From assembly GCA_016840095.1 (NCBI GenBank), contig JAEOSZ010000165.1, positions 1-15,692 of the forward strand: DNA of 15,692 nt. The letters are read 5' to 3'. The position numbers were made by a program, and so were the translations under genes. Every line of letters starts with the position of its first letter. Within the stretch, counting starts at the first letter, position 1. Shown in pieces: positions 8,401 through 15,692 of this stretch. This stretch comes from Candidatus Heimdallarchaeota archaeon. GTDB taxonomy: Archaea > Asgardarchaeota > Heimdallarchaeia > Heimdallarchaeales > Heimdallarchaeaceae. The notes under the pieces were generated by a model that saw only the letters and a program-made list of their open reading frames with translations, was not told the DNA's origin and made no database searches.

Positions 8401-10294
8401 GGGAACTTCTCTTTGGTTTAATAGTTCTGTTGATTCTGATTTCTATAGTTTTGAATATTATTGGGAATTTACTCCTGTTGATGAAGGTCTTTCTCTATAT
8501 GCACCATGGACTTTTGAGGTACCAAAAGCAGATGGAAATCATTCATTAAAAGTTACTCTTGGAGACTACACTGGACAAGGAACAAGTCCAAACTACATTA
8601 GCTATAATTTTACTTTTATTGTAGATGACATTACGATTGAGTATCTTCTCCCTCTCGATTTTGATGATGGCTATAAAATAGATATGGAGTATAATGATAC
8701 TTTCATCTATGTTGTAAACGTAACTGATGCAAATGATAATGAACCGATTCCAGGTCTTAATTACTTGATCCATTATGATGATACATATAATCTCACAATA
8801 GATGTTGTGTCAATAGGTCCATCAGAATATCAAGTTAGTATTCTTGCCTCTGATGTGACTAATGGGCTTGAAACTTACGTAAATATTCAATTTTTCCAAA
8901 CAGTTGGTGGAGGTCAAACAATTCACTTCTTCCCTACGATTTACAAAAAAGAAGGAGAAATTATTCTTTTAGAAACAGATAATCAGATAGTACATGAAGA
9001 GGATTTGGAAATACAATTATACCTACAAAATGATTTAGGAGAGAATCAGACTGTTTCGAAAGTTTATGTAAATGATAGCTACTCTCAAACACTTAAAGAG
9101 ATTATTGATTTTGATTTCAATGTTTCGACATATATTTGTACATTTAACTATTCCTCCTATGAAATAAATCTCAAAGGGAACTACTCTTTAGATATTAGTG
9201 TAGAATCGAGTTTCTATTTCGCTAATACTTTAGCATCAAATGAAACGATTGACTTTGAGATATTACCACTAGGAATTAATATGATTATTACAGTCTCAAA
9301 TTATACCATTTTAGAAGGAACTGATGTAAGCATCAATTTACAGCTCACATATCTCAATGGAACACCAGTGCCATTCACAGATGTGATAATTACAATATAT
9401 GTGTATCTAAAAAACACCACCACAGAATCAACTTTCATGTTTTCATTTGAAGATGCTAATGGAACTGAAGTTTTCTTATTAGAAACTAATTCTCAAGGAA
9501 GAGCAAGTATGTTATTTAACTTAAACTCTACAGTTGATAATATAGTAATTGAAGGATCATATCTAGGAGGAGACACAACAGATTCTGTTACATTCTCATT
9601 GGAAGAACCTATAGTAACAATACCCATACCTGAAGCTGAGGAATTTCCAAAATGGTTGCTTTATACGTTAATTGCAGGAAGTATAGCTCTGGCAGCGATA
9701 GTTTCTCTTATTATTTACAAAGTAACTAGACCTAAACCCTTTGAAGTATTGATGGAAAAAATAACAGATGAAGAAATAGCTTTAAATTATTCTATAATGT
9801 CTCCTGGTGTTGTACTAACTATATTCGACCAAAGAAAAGGTCCAATTCCTCTTGTTGCTGACCATAGTCTAACTATTGGAAGATACATTGGAAGAATGAC
9901 AATAGGAGTAGAAAATTTCATGCTGAAGATTGCTGATCAAGCTTATTCTAGTTTAGGTTTTGAAGAGCACGATGCTGGAAGGAGAGTAGGATCAATTGTT
10001 CTACCTACCGAAAAAATGATTGGGTTTGTTCATGGAGTCCAACTACCTAATAAGATGGCTAGAGGAGGATTTGAAAACCTATCTCTAATCGTTCTAGCTG
10101 ATTCTGAGTATGGTAATCTTCTTCTTAACTATCAAGAACATATTTACGAAGAAGTTGATTCACTTATTAAACTCTTAAAAGATAAGAAACCTTTGAAGGA
10201 AGTTGAAATTAAATTAGAATCAATACGAAAACTATCTGTAGTAATTATGCTTTCTGCACAAAAAGCGGAGCCTAAGGAGAAGAATGGTAGATAA
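5465..10294 (+). CDS. Large receptor-like membrane protein (paralog 2), same architecture
   Basis: 1609-aa ORF collinear with paralog 1 over its whole length. It has the LCLNS N-terminal segment, Ig-like repeats, a TM helix at 9653-9718 and the conserved cytoplasmic domain with NKMARGG. Confidence 0.9.
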   Translation: MSNKISSVTAMFLIFLCLNSLIYHQIEDLSDDLTRFSDNFPDVTEILDDSDDYVPNEYSPRIKTEVIEGNYTTRAFFSYDSFTPSLDVNGSGYQWTEYDDIPGHDATGLDTERFGVGDISNAVVPQINDVYYLARDYWGSGHRAMMYSPVLPYNTTVADKVHYIFNMHRDLNDNASDSQFNAMDATFQITLWHYHSSTQDSTKITSVEYLLPKINTPTDTEYWEWLETSSSFSSYTVPAGDRFKITYEMKYSDVSATLGHFTLNIINDGQYYDTGISGTSLDWNIIDGIHSNSYTISNTDGMLGIQLYMFEENTPDINLYNAVNNTVYQTTKNMTIDVSDDSISSYRWDGGSWNSFENDTIVYLPTTHGWHYLEIEAKGPVYNNTRIELYKFGYDSSVDNIILHNALSGDYLAGGYVLNFSIFDVDSVVYNWNWNGSWFTLTDPYDITTPQFLGWRDLIINTTDFYETNSYLYTFFFDSDTPIITLTNADNDTIYAPGKYLEFSITDNTGLISLNYSWDSGPIQTWSSDPSNTYSTNLPGSVADHWLEIFVSDDYGHFASAYFEFFTDTDIFNVDLLNLVEDNYYQGGNTVELIVQRSNTTVYFKWDSDSEQLGTLDGSYLTLNGSDALPSSEGLHTLYIRTFNLSYIEFNFNFSFWVDNTDPIIEYLDIYDGGRWFQNKTFTISIYDYYTDNSTELIVEYSLDGKIYQPLDYPFNFFYPYLDGPHTLDIRAQDLAGNVGNYTINFIIDNTAPTIDVTWGGLLDRILVDGYLYILPDSLIEVDIIEVDPTYRIEYNWNNTGWINATIGSFILTSSFDGEALLQIRANDSLGNKAEIFEILLVYDNTPPEISLTFPTTHFEINDHADLEFDVTDFTQYNTDSITYQWDDAIGIGTFDVADIESFLDGHFRLELGESARFLYVAYGYELANLSITAEDILGNSETYNFTFTIDVSPPSISLFINETVLTPISPGSVNIVQGGTSLWFNSSVDSDFYSFEYYWEFTPVDEGLSLYAPWTFEVPKADGNHSLKVTLGDYTGQGTSPNYISYNFTFIVDDITIEYLLPLDFDDGYKIDMEYNDTFIYVVNVTDANDNEPIPGLNYLIHYDDTYNLTIDVVSIGPSEYQVSILASDVTNGLETYVNIQFFQTVGGGQTIHFFPTIYKKEGEIILLETDNQIVHEEDLEIQLYLQNDLGENQTVSKVYVNDSYSQTLKEIIDFDFNVSTYICTFNYSSYEINLKGNYSLDISVESSFYFANTLASNETIDFEILPLGINMIITVSNYTILEGTDVSINLQLTYLNGTPVPFTDVIITIYVYLKNTTTESTFMFSFEDANGTEVFLLETNSQGRASMLFNLNSTVDNIVIEGSYLGGDTTDSVTFSLEEPIVTIPIPEAEEFPKWLLYTLIAGSIALAAIVSLIIYKVTRPKPFEVLMEKITDEEIALNYSIMSPGVVLTIFDQRKGPIPLVADHSLTIGRYIGRMTIGVENFMLKIADQAYSSLGFEEHDAGRRVGSIVLPTEKMIGFVHGVQLPNKMARGGFENLSLIVLADSEYGNLLLNYQEHIYEEVDSLIKLLKDKKPLKEVEIKLESIRKLSVVIMLSAQKAEPKEKNGR
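8144..8229 (+). repeat. 86-nt near-identical segment shared by paralogs 2 and 3 (copy at 13102-13187)
   Basis: acttttgatgttgcagatattgaatc(a/g)tttcttgatggacatttccgcttagaacttggtgaatcagcaagatttctttatgttgc matches at 85 of 86 positions. Confidence 0.9.
9806..10291 (+). other. Cytoplasmic uDENN/longin domain of paralog 2; putative arginine finger R1533 at 10061-10063
   Basis: Same motifs as paralog 1. Confidence 0.72.
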
Positions 10295-10413
10295 GTAACT
10301 CACAGCCTTGAACGATAACTTGATATTTCTTTAATACAAATTTGATATTAAGATAATTATTTAAGGAAAGATAATCCTTTCACTTCCTTAAGGAAATCAG
10401 AAGGCAGATAGAT

Positions 10414-13400
10414 ATGAATAATAACAGTTCAAGATTCATCAGTTTATTTTTAATTCTTTTATGTTTAAATTCTCTTGCATATTATAACTTTCAAGAACCT
10501 ACTAATGAGGAAAATATCTCTGAAAATGAGCTAATTGATTCTTTAGTCCCTGATAATCCTATAGACATTCCAAATGATAATATCTATTCTTCAAAAATAA
10601 AAAAAGTAAAAACACCTGGTGATTTTAAGACTTTTGCTTTCTTCAGTGGTGGGGGAACTGAAGCAGGTAATGATTTGATTAATGATACAGAATATCCTTT
10701 TGAGCCTGACAATAATGACCCTAGTTATTATCCTAACGTAGTTGAATGGGTTACATTTGATGAAGTTAAAGATGGAGATCACATTCCAAAGGAATTGTAT
10801 TGGCGGGCATTGAGTACAGTACCAATTACATGGCCTGCTGATAAGACTGTCTGGCATCATTTAAGGGAAAGAAACTTTCCTGATGAGCCTTCTAAGATGT
10901 TTAGTCCAATCTTTACAGAAGATTGGGAAATAGATGGACGAGTCTTTTATCTAACTTATATAAGAACAAATGATGGAGCATATTTTTCTGAATATCTCGA
11001 TATATATATGAGATTTAGTTTACATCTTTTTAATCCTGTTGACCAGAACAAAACCTTACTAACTTCCACTAATCCCATCTTGTTTTCGGTAAACACTTCT
11101 TTAACACAGAGAACATATAGTTCAGAAATAACAGGTGGACCATATTTAGTCCCTGCTGGTTATAGATTGATATATGATATTGAATTTAGATTCAGCTCTA
11201 ATCCCACTTCTGGTTCTTTGCTTATGTATACTGGTTATCCTGCTGGAGGTCAAACAGGGTCAATGGTTTGGACAATAAACGATCCAACATATGGAAATTC
11301 TTACACTTTAAATAATAATACAAGGATGGCAGGAATCCAATTATATATGCGCTCAAAAGAATATCCTTCTATAGATGTTTACGGTCCAACTAATAATACA
11401 GTTTACCAAACAGCTGAAGATGTGACTATAGATGTGACGAATGGCTCAATAAGTTCTTATCGGTGGGATGGAGGAACTTGGAATTCATTCGATAATATTA
11501 CTCAAACACAATTACCAACAACTCATGGATGGCATAACCTAGAAATAAAAGCTAGTGATCCAGTTTTTAATAATACAGATGTAGTGTTGTACCAGTATGG
11601 GTATGATGCTTCCTCAACTAATATTCAACTGCATAATGCTATAAGTGGAGATTACCTTACGGGAGGTTTTGTGTTAAATTTCAGTGTATATGATGTAGAT
11701 ACGGTAGAATATGAGTGGGATAATAATGGTAGCTGGTTTTTGTTAACGAATCCGTATGATATCACCACGTCTTTGTTTGAAGGATGGTACGATTTACGAA
11801 TTAATACTACGGATTTCTATGAAACAAATTCGTATACTTATACTTTCTTCTTTGATTCAGATACACCAATAATTACATTAACAAATGCAGATAATGATAC
11901 AATCTATGCTCCTGGAAAATATCTAGAGTTCCTAATTACAGATAACACTGGATTAACTTCACTAAATTATAGTTGGGATTCAGGACCGATTCAAACTTGG
12001 TCACCTGATCCAAGTAACACCTATTCAACAAATCTTCCAGGATCAGTAGCTGATCATTGGTTGGAAATTTTTGTAAGTGATGACTATGGGCATTTTGCTT
12101 CTGCCTATTATGAGTTCTTTACTGATACTGATGTATTCAATGTGGATTTACTGAATCTTGTAGAAGATAACTATTACCAAGGTGGTGATACAATAGAGCT
12201 TATTGTTCAAAGAAGTAATACCACTGTATACTTCAACTGGGACAGTGATTCAGAGCAACCTGGAACATTGGATGGATCATATCTTACATTAAATGGTTCT
12301 GATTCCCTCCCTACTTTAGAAGGTCTTCACACTCTTTACATTCGCACTTTTAATTTATCTGATATTGAGTTCAATTTTAATTTCACCTTCTGGGTGGATA
12401 ATACAGCTCCGATAATAAGCAATTTAGATACCTATAATAATGAAAGATTTTTACAAAATCAAATTTTTAATATCTATATTAATGATACATATTCTGATAA
12501 CTCTACTGATTTAATTGTTCAGTACTCTTTAGATGGGAAAATCTACCAATCTCTAACTTATCCTTTTACTTTTGCTTTTCCTTACATAGACGGTCCTCAT
12601 ACACTTGATATAAAGGCTCAAGATCTTGCAGGAAATATAGCTAATTATACAATTACTTTTGTTATTGATAATACTCCCCCAATCTTAAATGTTGTATTAA
12701 ATGGGGAAATAGATAGAACTAGTATTGATGGTCATATCTACATTACACCGAATAGTGTTGTTGATATTGAAATAACTGAGGATGATCTGCTTTATTCTAT
12801 TTATTATAATTGGAATAATACAGGCTGGATAGAGGTTTTTGGAGAAAATTTTACATTTCCTATTTCATCTGTTGGCATAGGAATTCTACAAATAAGAGCT
12901 AATGATTCTTTACAAAATCTAGATGATTCCTATTCAATAAATCTAGTTTATGATGATACTGCACCCAATCTAATTCAAACATTTCCAACAAATAATTTTA
13001 GAATCAATGATCACTCTGATTTGGAATTCGACATAAGTGATTTCACTTTGAAGAATATTCGATCTGTTACATATCAATGGGATGATGTAATAGGAATGGG
13101 AACTTTTGATGTTGCAGATATTGAATCGTTTCTTGATGGACATTTCCGCTTAGAACTTGGTGAATCAGCAAGATTTCTTTATGTTGCATTTGGGTATGAT
13201 TTAGCTAATTTAACAATTACAGCTGAAGATTATGTTGGCAACAGTAACGCAACTACTTTTCATTTCATTATTGATATTACACCTCCACCAATATTCTTGG
13301 AATATCTTAACATATCATGGTCTCCTTTAAACAAAAATGAAAAATATAATCCATATCCTTTAGTTGGCGGAACAGATATAAGATATGATAATACTACAGC

Positions 13401-15273
13401 TTATCTTTACAATGTTTCTTATATACGTTATAAATGGTTGGTAAATACAGATAATGAAACTTCCTCAGATTGGCAAGAACTGAATCTAGATGATCCTTAT
13501 TTAATTATAGGAACAGAAGATGGAAACCACACACTTATCTTTGAAATTTATGACAATACTGGCCAAGGTGGTACTCCAAATCTTAACCAAACATATTACT
13601 ATTTTGTAGTAGATGACATGCGAATTGATTATATTTACCCTACAAATTTTGATAATGGGAATTTCTATAGGATAGAATATAATGATACTTTTACATACAG
13701 AGTTAATATCACAGATCAAGTTGATAAAGAACCAATTCCTGGGCTTCAGTATGAAGTTTATTATGATATTGAACTTAATCTCTCCTGGTCAGTTGTAATA
13801 ATTAACACTACAATTTATGAAGTTACTGTACATGCCACTAATGTAACTAACGGATTAACAACTGCGATTCAAGTATACTTCTATCGGCCTGGAAAAGGAG
13901 GTCAAACGGTTACACTATTTTTAGAGATTATCAAGAAAATAGGAGTACTCAATGTTTTAGAAACATCAACTTCAATTATATATGAAGAGAGTTTGTTTGT
14001 TCAATTATATTTAGAGAATGACATAGGCCAAAACCAAACTATAACTAAGATATATGTAAATGATAATTATACTCAAACGATAAAAGAAATTCTGGATTTT
14101 GAATTCAATGTATCAACATATATTTGTAGTTTTAATTATTCCTCTGTTTGGATTGGATCAAAAGGTAATTTCTCTCTACAAATCTTTGCAGATTCAACTT
14201 TTTACAATGCAAGTACAGAAACAAGTTCATTATTAGAATTTGAGATTAAACCACTCACAGTTCTTCTAACAATAAGTGTTTCAAATTATACAATACTTGA
14301 AGGAACAGATGTAAGCATTAATTTACAGCTCACATATCTCAATGGAACACCAATCATCTTTTCTGATGTAAATCTTACAATATATGTTTATCTAAAGAAT
14401 GTAACAGAGACTGAAGATCCTTTTAAGTTCTCTTTTACCAATTATAATTATACAATATCTGAAAATCTTATAACTAATAACCAAGGTAGAGCTAATACAC
14501 TCTTCACTCTCAATTCTACAATGGATTATATCGAAATAGAAGGAGAATATTATGGAAGTCCAACATTAGATTATGTTTCTTTTGCTTTAGAGAGTCCAGT
14601 AATAACCATTCCATTACCAGAAGCAGAAGAATTTCCAAAATGGTTGCTTTATACACTGATAGCTGGAAGTGTTGCTCTAGCAGCAATAGTTTCATTGATC
14701 ATCTACAGAATAACTAGACCTAAACCTTTCGAAGAATTATTAGAAAAAATAACAGATGAAGAAATACTACAGAATTTCCATTTGATGTCTCCTGGAATCA
14801 TTTTAACTATCTTTGACCAGAGAAAAGGACCTATACCTCTTGTAGGAGATAATAGTCTTGATACGATGAGGTATATAGGAAGAATGACAATAGGTGTAGA
14901 AAATTTTCTACTCAAGATAGCAGATCAAGCTTATTCTAGCTTAGGTTTCGAAGAACATGATACAGGAAGAAGAGTAGGATCAATCATCCTACCAACAGAA
15001 AAGATGATTGGTTTTGTTCATGGTGTTCAGTTGCCTAATAAAATGGCTAGAGGAGGATTTGAAAACTTATCTTTAATTGTATTAGCTGATTCTGAATATG
15101 GTAATCTGCTACTAAATTATCAAGAACACATGTATGAAGACATTGATGAACTATCAAACTTATTGAAAAGCAAAAAACCTCTAAAGGAAATTGAAGATGA
15201 AATAAAGTCTCTCCGTATTCTTTCTGTTAGAATTATGTTAGCCGCTCAAAAGATTGAACTAAAAGAAAAATAG
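10414..15273 (+). CDS. Large receptor-like membrane protein (paralog 3), same architecture
   Basis: 1619-aa ORF collinear with paralogs 1 and 2, with a TM helix at 14641-14706 and the conserved cytoplasmic domain with NKMARGG. Confidence 0.9.
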   Translation: MNNNSSRFISLFLILLCLNSLAYYNFQEPTNEENISENELIDSLVPDNPIDIPNDNIYSSKIKKVKTPGDFKTFAFFSGGGTEAGNDLINDTEYPFEPDNNDPSYYPNVVEWVTFDEVKDGDHIPKELYWRALSTVPITWPADKTVWHHLRERNFPDEPSKMFSPIFTEDWEIDGRVFYLTYIRTNDGAYFSEYLDIYMRFSLHLFNPVDQNKTLLTSTNPILFSVNTSLTQRTYSSEITGGPYLVPAGYRLIYDIEFRFSSNPTSGSLLMYTGYPAGGQTGSMVWTINDPTYGNSYTLNNNTRMAGIQLYMRSKEYPSIDVYGPTNNTVYQTAEDVTIDVTNGSISSYRWDGGTWNSFDNITQTQLPTTHGWHNLEIKASDPVFNNTDVVLYQYGYDASSTNIQLHNAISGDYLTGGFVLNFSVYDVDTVEYEWDNNGSWFLLTNPYDITTSLFEGWYDLRINTTDFYETNSYTYTFFFDSDTPIITLTNADNDTIYAPGKYLEFLITDNTGLTSLNYSWDSGPIQTWSPDPSNTYSTNLPGSVADHWLEIFVSDDYGHFASAYYEFFTDTDVFNVDLLNLVEDNYYQGGDTIELIVQRSNTTVYFNWDSDSEQPGTLDGSYLTLNGSDSLPTLEGLHTLYIRTFNLSDIEFNFNFTFWVDNTAPIISNLDTYNNERFLQNQIFNIYINDTYSDNSTDLIVQYSLDGKIYQSLTYPFTFAFPYIDGPHTLDIKAQDLAGNIANYTITFVIDNTPPILNVVLNGEIDRTSIDGHIYITPNSVVDIEITEDDLLYSIYYNWNNTGWIEVFGENFTFPISSVGIGILQIRANDSLQNLDDSYSINLVYDDTAPNLIQTFPTNNFRINDHSDLEFDISDFTLKNIRSVTYQWDDVIGMGTFDVADIESFLDGHFRLELGESARFLYVAFGYDLANLTITAEDYVGNSNATTFHFIIDITPPPIFLEYLNISWSPLNKNEKYNPYPLVGGTDIRYDNTTAYLYNVSYIRYKWLVNTDNETSSDWQELNLDDPYLIIGTEDGNHTLIFEIYDNTGQGGTPNLNQTYYYFVVDDMRIDYIYPTNFDNGNFYRIEYNDTFTYRVNITDQVDKEPIPGLQYEVYYDIELNLSWSVVIINTTIYEVTVHATNVTNGLTTAIQVYFYRPGKGGQTVTLFLEIIKKIGVLNVLETSTSIIYEESLFVQLYLENDIGQNQTITKIYVNDNYTQTIKEILDFEFNVSTYICSFNYSSVWIGSKGNFSLQIFADSTFYNASTETSSLLEFEIKPLTVLLTISVSNYTILEGTDVSINLQLTYLNGTPIIFSDVNLTIYVYLKNVTETEDPFKFSFTNYNYTISENLITNNQGRANTLFTLNSTMDYIEIEGEYYGSPTLDYVSFALESPVITIPLPEAEEFPKWLLYTLIAGSVALAAIVSLIIYRITRPKPFEELLEKITDEEILQNFHLMSPGIILTIFDQRKGPIPLVGDNSLDTMRYIGRMTIGVENFLLKIADQAYSSLGFEEHDTGRRVGSIILPTEKMIGFVHGVQLPNKMARGGFENLSLIVLADSEYGNLLLNYQEHMYEDIDELSNLLKSKKPLKEIEDEIKSLRILSVRIMLAAQKIELKEK
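14794..15270 (+). other. Cytoplasmic uDENN/longin domain of paralog 3; putative arginine finger R1546 at 15049-15051
   Basis: Same motifs as paralog 1. Confidence 0.72.
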
Positions 15274-15283
15274 TTCTTCAAAA

Positions 15284-15298
15284 TTTCTTTTTCTTCCC
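15284..15298 (+). terminator. Possible archaeal-type T-rich terminator after paralog 3
   Basis: The pyrimidine/T tract tttctttttcttccc begins about 10 nt after the stop at 15273. Confidence 0.35.
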
Positions 15299-15330
15299 GC
15301 CTTTATCGATAGCTTATTAATTCATTTTTC

Positions 15331-15355
15331 TATAAATATCATAAAGGTTATAACC
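15331..15355 (+). promoter_or_regulatory. Possible TATA-box promoter of the Rag-like gene with an adjacent palindrome
   Basis: TATAAATA at 15331-15338 and the perfect palindrome GGTTATAACC at 15346-15355 (containing TTATAA) lie 21-45 nt upstream of ATG 15376. The AT-rich background makes this weak. Confidence 0.3.
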
Positions 15356-15375
15356 ACTGTATTAGAGGCATCAAT

Positions 15376-15692
15376 ATGTCCTATCTCTTCGATGAACTTT
15401 CTGGAAAAACTGATGGAGCTCCAGCTGTAGAGGATAAAATACTTCTCATGGGACTTCAAGCTGCTGGCAAAACTGCTATAAAAGATGTTGTCTTCTTCAA
15501 TAAAGAACCTGGAGAAGTCAACGGTTACATGGCTACAGTACATTATCAAAGACAATTCATTGACGAAGAACAAACAAGCATGATTATAGATTCTGGAGGA
15601 CAGGAATCATATTGGAATGAAGCAGTTACACATTTTCGTCACCTTGTCTTTTCAAATGTTAAGCTTCTAATCTGGATTGTTGATGTTACTAA
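15376..15692 (+). CDS. Rag/Gtr1-like small GTPase, 3'-truncated by window edge (not in ORF track)
   Basis: Manual translation: MSYLFDELSGKTDGAPAVEDKILLMGLQAAGKTAIKDVVFFNKEPGEVNGYMATVHYQRQFIDEEQTSMIIDSGGQESYWNEAVTHFRHLVFSNVKLLIWIVDVT. G1 is GLQAAGKT (15451-15474), the G2 Thr is in MAT and G3 is DSGGQ (15589-15603). The spacing and the VFSNVKLLIWIVDV segment parallel RagA/Gtr1 (KVLLMGKSGSGKTS...GAT...DCGGQ...IFRNVEVLIYVFDV, recalled). Confidence 0.88.
   Translation, partial: MSYLFDELSGKTDGAPAVEDKILLMGLQAAGKTAIKDVVFFNKEPGEVNGYMATVHYQRQFIDEEQTSMIIDSGGQESYWNEAVTHFRHLVFSNVKLLIWIVDVT

Noticed and set aside
8144-13187. Diversity-generating retroelement TR/VR pair to explain the near-identical repeats
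   Set aside because: Both copies are at equivalent in-frame positions of paralogous genes, mismatches in the longer shared tract are not adenine-specific, and no reverse transcriptase is in the window.
529-14915. Short minus-strand ORFs (529-711, 1165-1431, 5152-5355, 8546-8773, 10591-10860, 13501-13719, 14703-14915)
   Set aside because: They lie wholly or mostly antisense to long conserved CDSs, show no recognisable motifs and do not recur at equivalent positions in all three paralogs.
469-15273. Interpretation as plain S-layer proteins, adhesins or secreted hydrolases
   Set aside because: The ~185-aa highly conserved cytoplasmic domain is not expected of structural surface proteins. No catalytic hydrolase domain is recognisable; the PepX/CocE resemblance covers only the non-catalytic jelly-roll.
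15322-15573. 83-aa minus-strand ORF from the track
   Set aside because: It is an antisense shadow of the Rag-like GTPase on the + strand, which has clear G1/G2/G3 motifs.
1-15692. CRISPR arrays, tRNA/rRNA genes, IS elements
   Set aside because: No regularly spaced direct repeats, RNA-gene-like GC-rich structured segments, or transposase/integrase motifs were seen, and the intergenic spacers are only 102-151 nt.

Overview
AT-rich window, most likely from an Asgard archaeon (inferred from gene content). All real genes are on the + strand. (1) The 3' part of a Ras-superfamily small GTPase with a THLD G4 motif; its stop overlaps the next gene. (2) Three tandem paralogous ~1610-aa membrane proteins. 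Each has an N-terminal hydrophobic segment, a divergent jelly-roll-like head, about 8 Ig-like beta-sandwich repeats rich in N-glycosylation sequons, a C-proximal TM helix and a highly conserved ~185-aa cytoplasmic tail. The tail resembles the folliculin/SMCR8 uDENN-longin domain and keeps the 'ARG' arginine-finger motif. (3) The 5' part of a RagA/Gtr1-like GTPase that the ORF track missed. The candidate system is an array of receptor-like transmembrane GAPs (variable sensor outside, invariant FLCN/SMCR8-like domain inside) between two small GTPases that could be their substrates. The paralogs appear to exchange sequence in a mosaic pattern. All domain assignments come from recalled motif comparison, not database searches.
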